This document shows, one piece after another, positions 46,881-55,882 of a DNA stretch of 64,000 bases (its first letter is position 1; each line of letters begins with the position of its first letter). The position numbers and the translations under genes are program-made. This stretch comes from an uncultured Dehalococcoidia bacterium (GTDB lineage: Bacteria; Chloroflexota; Dehalococcoidia; Lucifugimonadales; UBA3495): contig OY282456.1 of assembly GCA_958296225.1 (NCBI GenBank), positions 3,600,768-3,664,767 of the forward strand, given 5' to 3'. The notes under the pieces were generated by a model. The model was given only the letters and a program-made list of their open reading frames with translations. It was not told the DNA's origin and ran no database searches.

Positions 46881-46919
46881 GTGGTATGATGGGGTAAATC
46901 CACAGCGGGGGTGATGCCG

Positions 46920-47129
46920 ATGGCTACTCGCAATACTTACAACTACACCTACCGGAGGGGGCGCCAGGTTTCTAGCCGGGAGGTTGCCGACGACTCGGAG
47001 CGCCGCGAGCGCGAACACCAACGGGCGCGCCCCGGCGGCAAGCTGACGGTTGACGGCCGGGCCAAGACCCGCGCCGGCGCCCGGAAGGTTGAGAGCCGGC
47101 AAACGAAGACTCGGGGCTACTACGCCTGA
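46920..47129 (+). CDS. small highly basic hypothetical protein (about 69 aa)
   Basis: ORF MATRNTYNYTYRRGRQVSSRE... lies between an extended -10-like element and a perfect hairpin. No family recognised and composition is low-complexity. Confidence 0.3.
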   Translation: MATRNTYNYTYRRGRQVSSREVADDSERREREHQRARPGGKLTVDGRAKTRAGARKVESRQTKTRGYYA

Positions 47130-47135
47130 TTAAAT

Positions 47136-47176
47136 GCGATTGAGCCGCAGCAGACCTAATGCTGCGGCTCAATCGC
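47136..47176 (+). terminator. perfect 17-bp stem hairpin (GCGATTGAGCCGCAGCA-7 nt-TGCTGCGGCTCAATCGC)
   Basis: Begins 7 nt after the stop of the small basic ORF and ends 51 nt before the FRG gene ATG. The U-tract is weak. Confidence 0.5.
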
Positions 47177-47227
47177 AACATCCTGATTTCAGGCCAAGAT
47201 TCCAATTGCCGGGGGCTAATTATCAAT

Positions 47228-48466
47228 ATGCAGAATAATTCTGAAGCCGCTACCCAATCTGGCACATCCGAACTGGACGCAGTCCTGCAAGTGGTTAACG
47301 AGCTGGCTCGGAAGTCAGCCAGCGGCAACTATATTTACCGGGGTGAACCGGAGTGCTATGACCAAGTATCGTCGAGCCTCTACCGGGATTTTCCAGTTGA
47401 TTTACCGTTGGGCTTCAATGTCGATGCCTTACAAGAAGAAGATTTGGTGGAGGCTCGGAAATTCACGTTTGAGACCGACGATTTCGCGATTTTGACTGAA
47501 CTCCAACACTATGGCGGTAAGACCAATTTGATTGACTTCACGGCGGATTATCTCATCGCCCTTTTCTTTGCCTGCGACGGTAAGCATCTAAAGGACGGCA
47601 GGGTCGTTTTACTGGAGCGGGAAGGAGAGATGGACGACCATATTTACGGGCCCCGCAATCCGATTAATCGCGTCATCGCGCAAAAGAGCGTATTTGTGCG
47701 GCCTCCACTGGGCTACGTTGAGCCGGATGATATTGTCATCATTCCAAACAGCCTCAAGCGTTTTATGCTGGATTACTTGCGGAAATCTCATGGGATTTCC
47801 GCACAAACCATCTATAACGACCTGCTCGGATTCGCCCGGTATCGGGAAATCCACCAGGATGCTCTTAGGCATTTCCATACCGCTTTTACGAATGAGATGA
47901 ATGGGGATTACCAAAGTGCGATAAACTCTTACACAAAATCACTCGACCTCAACCCATCGGTGTTTGTCTATAACAATCGCGGCATAGCATACGCCTCCAT
48001 AAACGATTACGACAGTGCCATCGGCGACTTCAATCAAGCCATCGCATTAGACCCGGACGATGCGGCGGCTTACAACAGTCGCGGTCTTGCTTACGCCTCC
48101 ATAGGCGATTATGAACACGCTATTGAGGACTTTGACCAATCTATCGCATTAGACCCTGACGATGCCGATAGTTACAGCAATCGCGGTCTTGCTTACCTTA
48201 GCAAAGGTGATTATAACCAAGCCATCACCGACTTTAGCCAATCTATCACACTGGACCCGGATATTGCCAATAATTACGTCAATCGCGGCGAGGCCTGGTT
48301 GCATTTGTGCGAGTGGGATAACGCCAGGGAAGACTTGGGTACTGCCGATGATATGGGCGTAGATATTGTGCAATCATTCCGCAACGACTACGAAAACGTT
48401 GCCGACTTTGCGCAGCGCAACGGCATCACCCTGCCGGCTGATATTGCCGAAATGTTGGACGGTTAA
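47228..48466 (+). CDS. FRG-domain protein fused to C-terminal TPR repeats
   Basis: YIYRGEPECYDQVSSSLYR and LQHYGGKTNLIDFTADYLIALFFAC (FRG signatures). Then 4-5 TPR units (AIxDFxQxIxLDPD...YxNRGLAY). Start at ATG 47228, because the track start lies inside the upstream hairpin. Gene is A/T-richer by eye. Confidence 0.8.
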   Translation: MQNNSEAATQSGTSELDAVLQVVNELARKSASGNYIYRGEPECYDQVSSSLYRDFPVDLPLGFNVDALQEEDLVEARKFTFETDDFAILTELQHYGGKTNLIDFTADYLIALFFACDGKHLKDGRVVLLEREGEMDDHIYGPRNPINRVIAQKSVFVRPPLGYVEPDDIVIIPNSLKRFMLDYLRKSHGISAQTIYNDLLGFARYREIHQDALRHFHTAFTNEMNGDYQSAINSYTKSLDLNPSVFVYNNRGIAYASINDYDSAIGDFNQAIALDPDDAAAYNSRGLAYASIGDYEHAIEDFDQSIALDPDDADSYSNRGLAYLSKGDYNQAITDFSQSITLDPDIANNYVNRGEAWLHLCEWDNAREDLGTADDMGVDIVQSFRNDYENVADFAQRNGITLPADIAEMLDG

Positions 48467-48641
48467 ACGGGCGTAAATCGCGCGGTCGGGTGCGCGCTGG
48501 GCTGTTTGGGCGGCCAGTGTTGATTGGGATGTGCTGGCGCCGTCGGCATGGGGCGCTCTGGCCCTGAGAACCTTAACAAATTCCGTGAGAGAGTGGGTGC
48601 CAGTGCGACAGCGTGATGATGAGAAGGCAGGGTAATGTCTA

Positions 48642-48672
48642 ACCCCTCGCCCGGCTGGGTGAGGGGTTTTTT
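48642..48672 (+). terminator. canonical rho-independent terminator
   Basis: ACCCCTC-12 nt-GAGGGGT followed by TTTTT. Confidence 0.7.
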
Positions 48673-48687
48673 GACCTAGCAATCCGA

Positions 48688-49746
48688 CTAAACGGACGCC
48701 GCCAGCCGGCGGATGGTGCCGTTGACGCGGGATAGGGCTTCGTCCACGTCGGCAGCCGAGACCTGGCGGTGGGTGACCATCCTCAATGCCTGGTCGCGGC
48801 TGTGGCTGACCAGCACGCCGTCCTCGCGCAGGGCGGCGATGACTTCTCTGGCGTCGCCGACTTTATCCCGGTCAACTTCAAAGATGACGATGTTGGTCTG
48901 GATGCTCTCCGGGTCAACGGACAGTCCCGCGATGTTGGCCAGGCCGGCTGCCAGGCGTCGGGCGTTGGCGTGGTCGTCGGCCAGGCGCTCAATCATGGTG
49001 TCCAGCGCCACCAGGCCGGCGGCGGCCAGGACGCCGGCCTGGCGCATTCCGCCGCCCACCATCTTGCGCCACTTGCGCGCCCGGTTGATGAACTCCTCAG
49101 AGCCACAGAGCACCGAACCCACCGGACAGGACAGGGCTTTGGACAGGCAGAAACTTACGTCGTCCACGTCTCCGGTCAGCGCGGCGGCGGGGACTTCCAG
49201 GGCGACGGCGGCGTTGAAGATGCGCGCGCCGTCCAGATGCACGGCAGCGCCGGCGGCGTGAGCCACGTCAACGACGTCTTTCGTGTCCTGGGGAGTCATC
49301 ACTCCGCCGCTGCAACGGTTGTGGGTGTTTTCCAGACAGACCAGCGTGGTTGCCGGCACGTGGATGTTGGAACTGTCGCGGACGGCGGCGGCCACGTCCT
49401 CCGGGGCGATGCGCCCGTTAGGGTCGTTAGGCACCAGGCGAATTTGAGCGCCGGCCAGGGCGGTAGCGCCGGCGGACTCGTTCCAGAACATATGCGCTTC
49501 CTGGCCCATAATCATCTCATCGCCCCGGCTGCACCAGGTCAGGGCGGCGATGAGGTTGCTCATGGTGCCGCTGGCCGTCAACAAGCCGGCCTCCTGCCCC
49601 ATCAGCTGGGCGGCCCGTTCCTGCAGGGCGTTGATGGTGGGGTCTTCTCCGAACACGTCGTCGCCCACTTCGGCGGCGGCCATGGCGCGGCGCATCTCGT
49701 CGGTGGGGTGCGTAACGGTATCGCTGCGCAGGTCAATCAAAGCCAT
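48688..49746 (-). CDS. ltaE: low-specificity L-threonine aldolase
   Basis: [39 protein letters not shown]...SGTMSN...CLSKAL. Confidence 0.88.
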   Translation of the reverse strand: MALIDLRSDTVTHPTDEMRRAMAAAEVGDDVFGEDPTINALQERAAQLMGQEAGLLTASGTMSNLIAALTWCSRGDEMIMGQEAHMFWNESAGATALAGAQIRLVPNDPNGRIAPEDVAAAVRDSSNIHVPATTLVCLENTHNRCSGGVMTPQDTKDVVDVAHAAGAAVHLDGARIFNAAVALEVPAAALTGDVDDVSFCLSKALSCPVGSVLCGSEEFINRARKWRKMVGGGMRQAGVLAAAGLVALDTMIERLADDHANARRLAAGLANIAGLSVDPESIQTNIVIFEVDRDKVGDAREVIAALREDGVLVSHSRDQALRMVTHRQVSAADVDEALSRVNGTIRRLAASV

Positions 49747-49810
49747 AGAGCCTCCGGGAGGGCGGTTGGGGTTGCGGTTATTCTAGCACTAATGCGACCG
49801 GTGGGGGCCA

Positions 49811-50454
49811 CTATAGCGGGTGGGCAGTGTTAGCCAGTGACTCCAAGCGGGCCAGCCAAGCGTTGAAACGGGGGCGCTGGGAGCGGATGGTATCCAGCCC
49901 GATTTGCTCAGCCAGCAATGGCCCATGAACGTGCTTGATATACTTAGGTATCTCCTGTGCAATTCGTTTGCTGGGGGCCGTTGCCGGGCTGTCATTGATG
50001 TCTTCGGGCGTCTGGAATCGGGTACGGATTTCCCGCAACGCGGTCATGGAATTGTCCGATATGTCGGGCAATCCGGCAAAGCCTCTGAAATCGGAGAACA
50101 GCAGGCTCTCAAATTCGTACTGCTGCACATAAGAGAACAGTCGCGATTGGTCCCAGTCGCGGCCCATTTTCTGGTTGACCGCTTCATCGATGCGCTGCTG
50201 CAATTCATCGGGTGTTGCATCACCCTTGTCGCGGAACCCGTAAAAATCTACCAAAGATGTGAAGAAGCCGAAATCCCAAGGGGAACTTAGCAAATTCGCC
50301 ATATCCGACGCCAATCGCGCAACGGTTACGTCACCGCCGCTATAACCGAGCAAGACGGGCTCCGGTTCCACTCCTCTAGTCCGCAGGTAACCGGCCAGGA
50401 CTCTATTGATGAATTCCTCTTCCGTTCGCCTCGTAGAGAAATCTCGGCTTCCAT
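49811..50454 (-). pseudogene. DUF4276-family gene with N-terminal frameshift
   Basis: LVDFYGF, YVQQYEFESLLFSD, EDINDSPATAPSKRI and RPRFNAWLARLE match DUF4276. The N-terminus MEAEISLRGE / TEEEFINRVLAGYL is split between two frames near nt 50420. Confidence 0.65.
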
Positions 50455-50748
50455 CCGAGGCGTAATGCGGTTGCCGCCAAACAGCTGGTCGTCGGCGCCG
50501 CCGTGCAACTCCACAAAGTCGCCCAACCTGCGGGAGCGGAGCATCCAGCTCAGCATCTCAAAGAACCGGATGAAGTTGGACTTGCCAGAGCCGTTGGCCC
50601 CAATCAGAACCATCGCACTGGGCAAATCGGTAAGCTCCACATCAAACAGCGACCGGAAGCCGCGAATGCGGACGGCGTCAATTGCTGCCGGCCGGTTGCG
50701 AGTATCCGAGGCAGCGTCCGGTGGTTCGGGTACGGTTAGAACAGTCAT
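50455..50748 (-). pseudogene. remnant (about 98 aa, P-loop only) of an AAA/ABC-like ATPase normally partnered with DUF4276
   Basis: IDAVRIRGFRSLFDVELTDLPSAMVLIGANGSGKSNFIRFFEML. The rest of the ATPase is missing and the frame runs straight into the DUF4276 start. Confidence 0.6.
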
Positions 50749-50884
50749 ATCGGGCCTTGTGTCAAGCGTTGGCAAAACGTTGCGGTAAGCATTATAGCAA
50801 AGTCGGGCATCTCTGAAGCGGCGCAAAATCTGCTATCATAGCGACGTATATTCAGCCCCAGAATGGCGGCCCGGAGGTGGAGTT

Positions 50885-51526
50885 ATGCGGCAAAGCGCAG
50901 TTAGTTTTTTGACCAAGGGAATGACTTTGGAGGGTATTATCGCTCTCCCGGACGGTGAAGGGCCTTTTCCCGGCGTGGTGATGTGCCACCCCCATCCGCT
51001 GAACGGCGGGAATATGGACAACAACGTGGTCGTCGCCGTTACCTTCGGGCTGGCGGACGCTGGCATTGCCTCGCTGCGTTTTAACTTTCGCGGCGTGGGC
51101 AACAGCACGGGCGAACACGCGAAAGGGGAGAAGGAACACGAGGAAACGCTGGCCGCCATGGACTTCCTGGGGGCATTGCCCGACGTGGACGACAGCCGCA
51201 TCGGGCTGGGCGGCTATTCTTTCAGCACCCGCGTTATTTGCGCTCACAAGCAACTTTACAAGAAACCCCGGGCCATCGCTCTGGTGGCGCCGTCGCTGGA
51301 GGCGATTACCGACAGTCCGTTGCAGTCGGACAAGACCCCGCGCCTGATTATCACCGGCGACCGGGACCGGCTGGCGAACTCCGACGGCGTTGCGGAGCAA
51401 CTGGCCCGGTTCAACCCGCCGGCCGATTACCACGTAGTAGCCGGCGCCGACCACTTCTGGGTGGGACAGGAACGAGAGATGGCCGACAAGGTGGTAGGGT
51501 TTTTCCGAGACCACCTGACCAAGTAA
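50885..51526 (+). CDS. alpha/beta hydrolase (COG2945-like)
   Basis: GVVMCHPHPLNGGNMDNNVV...FNFRGVGNSTGEH...GGYSFS. Confidence 0.75.
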   Translation: MRQSAVSFLTKGMTLEGIIALPDGEGPFPGVVMCHPHPLNGGNMDNNVVVAVTFGLADAGIASLRFNFRGVGNSTGEHAKGEKEHEETLAAMDFLGALPDVDDSRIGLGGYSFSTRVICAHKQLYKKPRAIALVAPSLEAITDSPLQSDKTPRLIITGDRDRLANSDGVAEQLARFNPPADYHVVAGADHFWVGQEREMADKVVGFFRDHLTK

Positions 51527-51560
51527 AGCCGCGGACGCAGATTGCCACGCCAGGCGCGCA

Positions 51561-52199
51561 ATGACAACGCGCATTGAGGAGACCAAACGGCGCACGCCGC
51601 TGTACCGGGACTGGACTCTGCTGCAACTGGCGGCGCTGACGCTGGTGCTGGACCAGCTGACCAAGTTCGTCGTCCGCCAAACCCTGGCCTGGCATCACTC
51701 CTGGCCGCACCACGGCTTTTTTCGCTTTACCCACGTGCAAAACACGGGCAGCGCTTTTGGCCTGTTCCAGGACCAGAACCTGCCGCTCCTGCTGGTTTCG
51801 GTGGTGGGCGTGGCGGTGCTGGCCTATATTTACCGCAGCCAGGAACGGCCCGGCCTGATGATGCGAACCAGCATCGCCCTGATGCTGGGCGGAGCCATGG
51901 GCAATTTGCTCGACCGCATCCTGCAAGGCCACGTTACCGACTTCATCGACATCGGCCCGTGGCCCGTGTTCAACCTGGCCGACTCCGCGATTGTAGTGGG
52001 CCTGATTATGATGGGCTGGCTGCTGGTGATACGCCGGGATAAAGCTACGGATACCACTGCCGCCACTGCCGACGCCGGCATCGCCCCATCAACTTGCCCC
52101 CTCTGCGACGGCCCGATGATTGGCTTGCCCAACGGCGCGCGCTGCGCCGATTGCGGCGTCCGCGAGCGCATCCTAACCCCGGAGGAACGTGAACCGTGA
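51561..52199 (+). CDS. lspA: lipoprotein signal peptidase II with C-terminal Zn-ribbon-like extension
   Basis: FRFTHVQNTGSAFGLF and VTDFIDIGPWPVFNLADSAIVVG. An extra tail contains CPLC...12 aa...CADC. Confidence 0.85.
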   Translation: MTTRIEETKRRTPLYRDWTLLQLAALTLVLDQLTKFVVRQTLAWHHSWPHHGFFRFTHVQNTGSAFGLFQDQNLPLLLVSVVGVAVLAYIYRSQERPGLMMRTSIALMLGGAMGNLLDRILQGHVTDFIDIGPWPVFNLADSAIVVGLIMMGWLLVIRRDKATDTTAATADAGIAPSTCPLCDGPMIGLPNGARCADCGVRERILTPEEREP

Positions 52200-53152
52200 C
52201 CGCCGCCGCCGTCAGCGCAAGGTACGAGTTCGTCGTGGGCGGCAATCCCAGGCCGTCGCGTCTGGACGCCTGGCTGGCCGGCCAGCCCCGGATGCCGGCC
52301 GCCGGGCTGTCCCGCAGCCGCCTGCACGCCCTGGCGACGGACGGCCTCATTACCGTGAACGGCGCGCCGGCCCGGCCGGCGCAGCGCGTCCGCCACCGGG
52401 ATGTCATCGTGGTTCTGGCGCCGCCGCCCCAATCGCCGGCCGACCTGGCCCCGCAGGACATACCCATAGCAGTAGTCTATGAGGACAGCCATATAGTGGT
52501 AGTGGACAAACCGGCCGGGTTGGCCGTGCATCCGGGCCCCGGGCATCCCGACGGCACGCTGGTCAACGCCCTGCTGGCCCGGTGCCCGGACATTCGCGGC
52601 ATCGGGGGCGAGCTGCGGCCGGGAATCGTACATCGTCTTGACCGCGACACATCGGGCCTGCTGGTGGCAGCCAAGGGCCAACTAGCGCATCAAAATCTGA
52701 CTGAGCAGCTCAAAAACCGCGCCATGGTCAAAGAATACCTGGCGGTTGCCGTGGGCCGGGTGACGCCGGAATCGGGTACGATTGACGCGGCCATCGCGCG
52801 ACACCCGTACCATCGGCAGCGTATGGCCGTCAGCGCCGGCGGCCGCAGAGCCCGCACCCATTACGAAACCGAGGAAGTGCTGGCGGGCAATACGCTGCTG
52901 CGGGTAAGGCTGGAAACGGGCCGCACTCACCAAATCAGGGTGCATCTGGCCTATCTGGGCTATCCGGTGTTGGGGGATGCGATTTACGGGCGGGGGAGCG
53001 GGGGGGCAGGGCGGCAGTTTCTGCACGCCGCGCGGCTGGGCTTTTGGCATCCGGCTAGCGGGGAATGGTCGGAGCACCGGGCGCCGCTGCCCGACGAACT
53101 GGCCCACGCTTTGGGCAGGATGCGAAACCGTCCGCCAACTTATCCTGATTAG
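52196..53152 (+). CDS. RluA-family (RluD-like) 23S rRNA pseudouridine synthase
   Basis: S4-like N-terminus (RLDAWLAG), HRLDRDTSGLLVAAK and HQIRVHLAYLGYPVLGD. GTGA overlap with lspA. Confidence 0.88.
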   Translation: MTAAAVSARYEFVVGGNPRPSRLDAWLAGQPRMPAAGLSRSRLHALATDGLITVNGAPARPAQRVRHRDVIVVLAPPPQSPADLAPQDIPIAVVYEDSHIVVVDKPAGLAVHPGPGHPDGTLVNALLARCPDIRGIGGELRPGIVHRLDRDTSGLLVAAKGQLAHQNLTEQLKNRAMVKEYLAVAVGRVTPESGTIDAAIARHPYHRQRMAVSAGGRRARTHYETEEVLAGNTLLRVRLETGRTHQIRVHLAYLGYPVLGDAIYGRGSGGAGRQFLHAARLGFWHPASGEWSEHRAPLPDELAHALGRMRNRPPTYPD

Positions 53153-53243
53153 AGCGAATCGGGTCCGGGCAGGATATAACAGGATATAATCGGATGATGA
53201 ACCAAACCACGGTTGCAAATCTCTCTGACCAGGCGGCGGGAAC

Positions 53244-54953
53244 ATGAGCACTAATCCGACTACGGCAACGGGGGATGTCCCCGCCGATTTCATCCGCACT
53301 ATCATCAACGAGGACCAGGCTGCCGGCGCTTACGATGGCCGCGTGGTAACGCGCTTTCCTCCCGAACCTAACGGCTACCTGCACATTGGCCACGCCAAGT
53401 CGATTTGCCTCAACTTTGGCGTGGGCGAGCAGTACGCCGGGGCGCGGTGCCATATGCGCTTTGACGACACTAACCCAACGCGGGAGGACATTGAGTACGT
53501 GGAGTCCATCCTGGCCGATATCCAGTGGCTGGGTTTTGACTGGGGCGAGAATTTGTTTTACGCCTCGGACTACTTTGAGCAGTTGTACCAGTATGCCGAG
53601 CAGTTGATTCGGGACGGCAACGCCTACGTGGATGGCCTGACCGCCGAGGAAATGCGGGAGTACCGGGGAACGCTGACGGAAGCGGGCCGGGAAAGTCCGC
53701 ATCGCAACCGCCCGGCGGCGGAGAGCCTGGACCTGTTCCGCCGGATGCGGGCCGGGGAGTTTCCCGACGGCGCATACGTCCTGCGGGCCCGCATTGATAT
53801 GACCTCGCCCAACGTGAATATGCGCGACCCAACGCTGTACCGCATCCGCCACGCCGAGCATCATCGCACCGGCAACGACTGGTGCATCTATCCGATGTAC
53901 GACTACGCGCACTCGCTATCCGATTCCATTGAGGGCATTACCCACTCGCTATGCACGCTGGAGTTTGAAGACCATCGCCCGCTGTATGACTGGTGCCAGG
54001 AAGTTCTGGGCATTTACCGGAGCCGGCAGATTGAGTTCGCGCGGCTGAATCTGACCCATACCGTGATGAGCAAACGGATGCTGCGGCAGCTGGTGGAGGA
54101 CGGCCACGTGGCAGGGTGGGACGACCCCAGGATGCCCACCCTCAGCGCCCTGCGTCGCCGGGGTTACACGCCCGAATCCATCCGCGATATGTGCGAGCGG
54201 GTGGGGGTGGCCCGCCGCAACAGCGTAACCGAGCTGGCGTTGCTGGAAGCCTGCTTACGGGAAGACCTGAACCGGCGCGCGCCCCGTCGCATGGCCGTGC
54301 TGCGGCCCCTGAAGGTGGTCATCACCAACTACCCGGAAGGCGAAAGCGAAGAGTTCCAGGCCATCAATAACCCCGAAGACGCGGCGATGGGCGCGCGCAG
54401 CGTGCCTTTCAGCCGGGAGGTGTACATTGAGCGGGACGATTTCATGGAGAACCCGCCGCGCCGGTTCTACCGCCTGGCGCCGGGCCGGGAGGTTCGGCTC
54501 CGTTACGCCTGCCTGATAACCTGCACGGATGTGGTCAAGGATGCCGACGGCAGCATCGTTGAGGTTCACTGCACTTATGACCCCGACAGCCGCGGCGGCA
54601 ACGCTCCCGACGGACGGCGGGTACAAGGCACCATCCATTGGGTTTCCGTCGCCCACGCCGCGCCGCTAGAAGTGCGCCTGTATGACAACCTGTTCACCGA
54701 CCCGGACCCGGCCGGCGCCGCCAGCGACGCCGGGCAGGAGTTCACCAACTTTATCAACGACGCCTCGCTGGAGGTAGTAACCGCTCTGGCAGAGCCGGCG
54801 CTGTCCGAGGCCAAGCCGGGCGACCGCTGCCAGTTTGAGCGGCTGGGGTACTTCTGCGCCGATATTGTCGATTCCCGGCCCGGCGCGCCGGTGTTCAACC
54901 GGACCACCACGCTGCGGGACAGCTGGGCGCGCATCAGCCGGCAGCAGGGGTAG
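53244..54953 (+). CDS. glnS: glutamine--tRNA ligase
   Basis: [17 protein letters not shown] (HIGH), [11 protein letters not shown] (KMSKS-type) and a GlnRS-type anticodon-binding C-terminus. Confidence 0.9.
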   Translation: MSTNPTTATGDVPADFIRTIINEDQAAGAYDGRVVTRFPPEPNGYLHIGHAKSICLNFGVGEQYAGARCHMRFDDTNPTREDIEYVESILADIQWLGFDWGENLFYASDYFEQLYQYAEQLIRDGNAYVDGLTAEEMREYRGTLTEAGRESPHRNRPAAESLDLFRRMRAGEFPDGAYVLRARIDMTSPNVNMRDPTLYRIRHAEHHRTGNDWCIYPMYDYAHSLSDSIEGITHSLCTLEFEDHRPLYDWCQEVLGIYRSRQIEFARLNLTHTVMSKRMLRQLVEDGHVAGWDDPRMPTLSALRRRGYTPESIRDMCERVGVARRNSVTELALLEACLREDLNRRAPRRMAVLRPLKVVITNYPEGESEEFQAINNPEDAAMGARSVPFSREVYIERDDFMENPPRRFYRLAPGREVRLRYACLITCTDVVKDADGSIVEVHCTYDPDSRGGNAPDGRRVQGTIHWVSVAHAAPLEVRLYDNLFTDPDPAGAASDAGQEFTNFINDASLEVVTALAEPALSEAKPGDRCQFERLGYFCADIVDSRPGAPVFNRTTTLRDSWARISRQQG

Positions 54954-54961
54954 GCGGGCAA

Positions 54962-55882
54962 ATGCACTGCGCGGCTGGGAAGCCCAAAGCGCCGCCCATC
55001 AAGACGCAGGGCATCAAGACCAAGCTGGCGCCGTTCATCGCCAGCCGCGTGGAATGGGACCGGCGGGGACGATGGGTAGAGCCGTTTCTGGGTTCCGGGG
55101 CGGTTTTGCTGAACGTCCGGCCGCCCCGGGCTTTGGCGGCCGATTCCTGCGCGCCCATCATCAATTTTTACCGGGCGTTGCAGAGCGGGCAGATTACCGC
55201 CGCCCGTGTGGAGACGTTTCTGCAACGCGAAGGGGAACGGCTGCAAACCGAAGGGGCGAGCCGATACTATGCAATCCGGGAACGATTTAACGATACCGGC
55301 AACCCGCTGGATTTTCTGTTCGTAAGCCGGGCGTGTTTCAACGGGCTGATGCGCTTTAACCGGAAAGGGCGGTTCAACACGCCGTTCTGCAAAAAGCCGG
55401 AGCGGTTTCGCCCGGCGTACATTACGAAAATCTGCAATCAGGTGCAATGGGCCAGCGACGCGATGCGGGGGCGGGATTGGGAGTTTGCTCGCGTTGACTG
55501 GCGAGAGACGCTGGCCGGCGTTGGAGAGGAGGATTTTATCTATGCCGACCCGCCCTATGCCGGGCGGCACGCCGACTATTACAACGCCTGGGGCGAGACT
55601 GACGGGTTGGAACTGGCGCAGGCGCTCAAAGGGGCGCCGTGCCGGTTCCTGTGCTCAACGTGGATGGGAAACCGATTCCGGCGCAACGAGCGGCTGTTGG
55701 AGTGGTTCGCCGGCTACCGGATTGAAACCTTTGAGCATTACTATCATCTGGGTGCTACTGAATCGCTACGCCACGCGATGCAGGAGGGGCTGGTAATCGG
55801 GTTTGGGAATGACTGTTCTAGCGCTTGGGTCGGTAATCCCAAGGGTCAAGACAAGCGTCGTAGAGAGTTTGGTCCATCCTGA
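54962..55882 (+). CDS. Dam-family (D12 class) N6-adenine DNA methyltransferase
   Basis: EPFLGSGAVLLN (motif I) and FIYADPPYAGR (DPPY). The last ~25 aa run antisense into the NYN gene. Confidence 0.8.
   Translation: MHCAAGKPKAPPIKTQGIKTKLAPFIASRVEWDRRGRWVEPFLGSGAVLLNVRPPRALAADSCAPIINFYRALQSGQITAARVETFLQREGERLQTEGASRYYAIRERFNDTGNPLDFLFVSRACFNGLMRFNRKGRFNTPFCKKPERFRPAYITKICNQVQWASDAMRGRDWEFARVDWRETLAGVGEEDFIYADPPYAGRHADYYNAWGETDGLELAQALKGAPCRFLCSTWMGNRFRRNERLLEWFAGYRIETFEHYYHLGATESLRHAMQEGLVIGFGNDCSSAWVGNPKGQDKRRREFGPS

Noticed and set aside
53171-53190. Direct repeat CAGGATATAA/CAGGATATAAT with TATAAT upstream of glnS, and TATAAT at 56515-56520 upstream of gltX, considered as promoters
   Set aside because: There are -10-like hexamers, but no acceptable -35 or TG extension at the right spacing. 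Too weak to annotate without transcript data.
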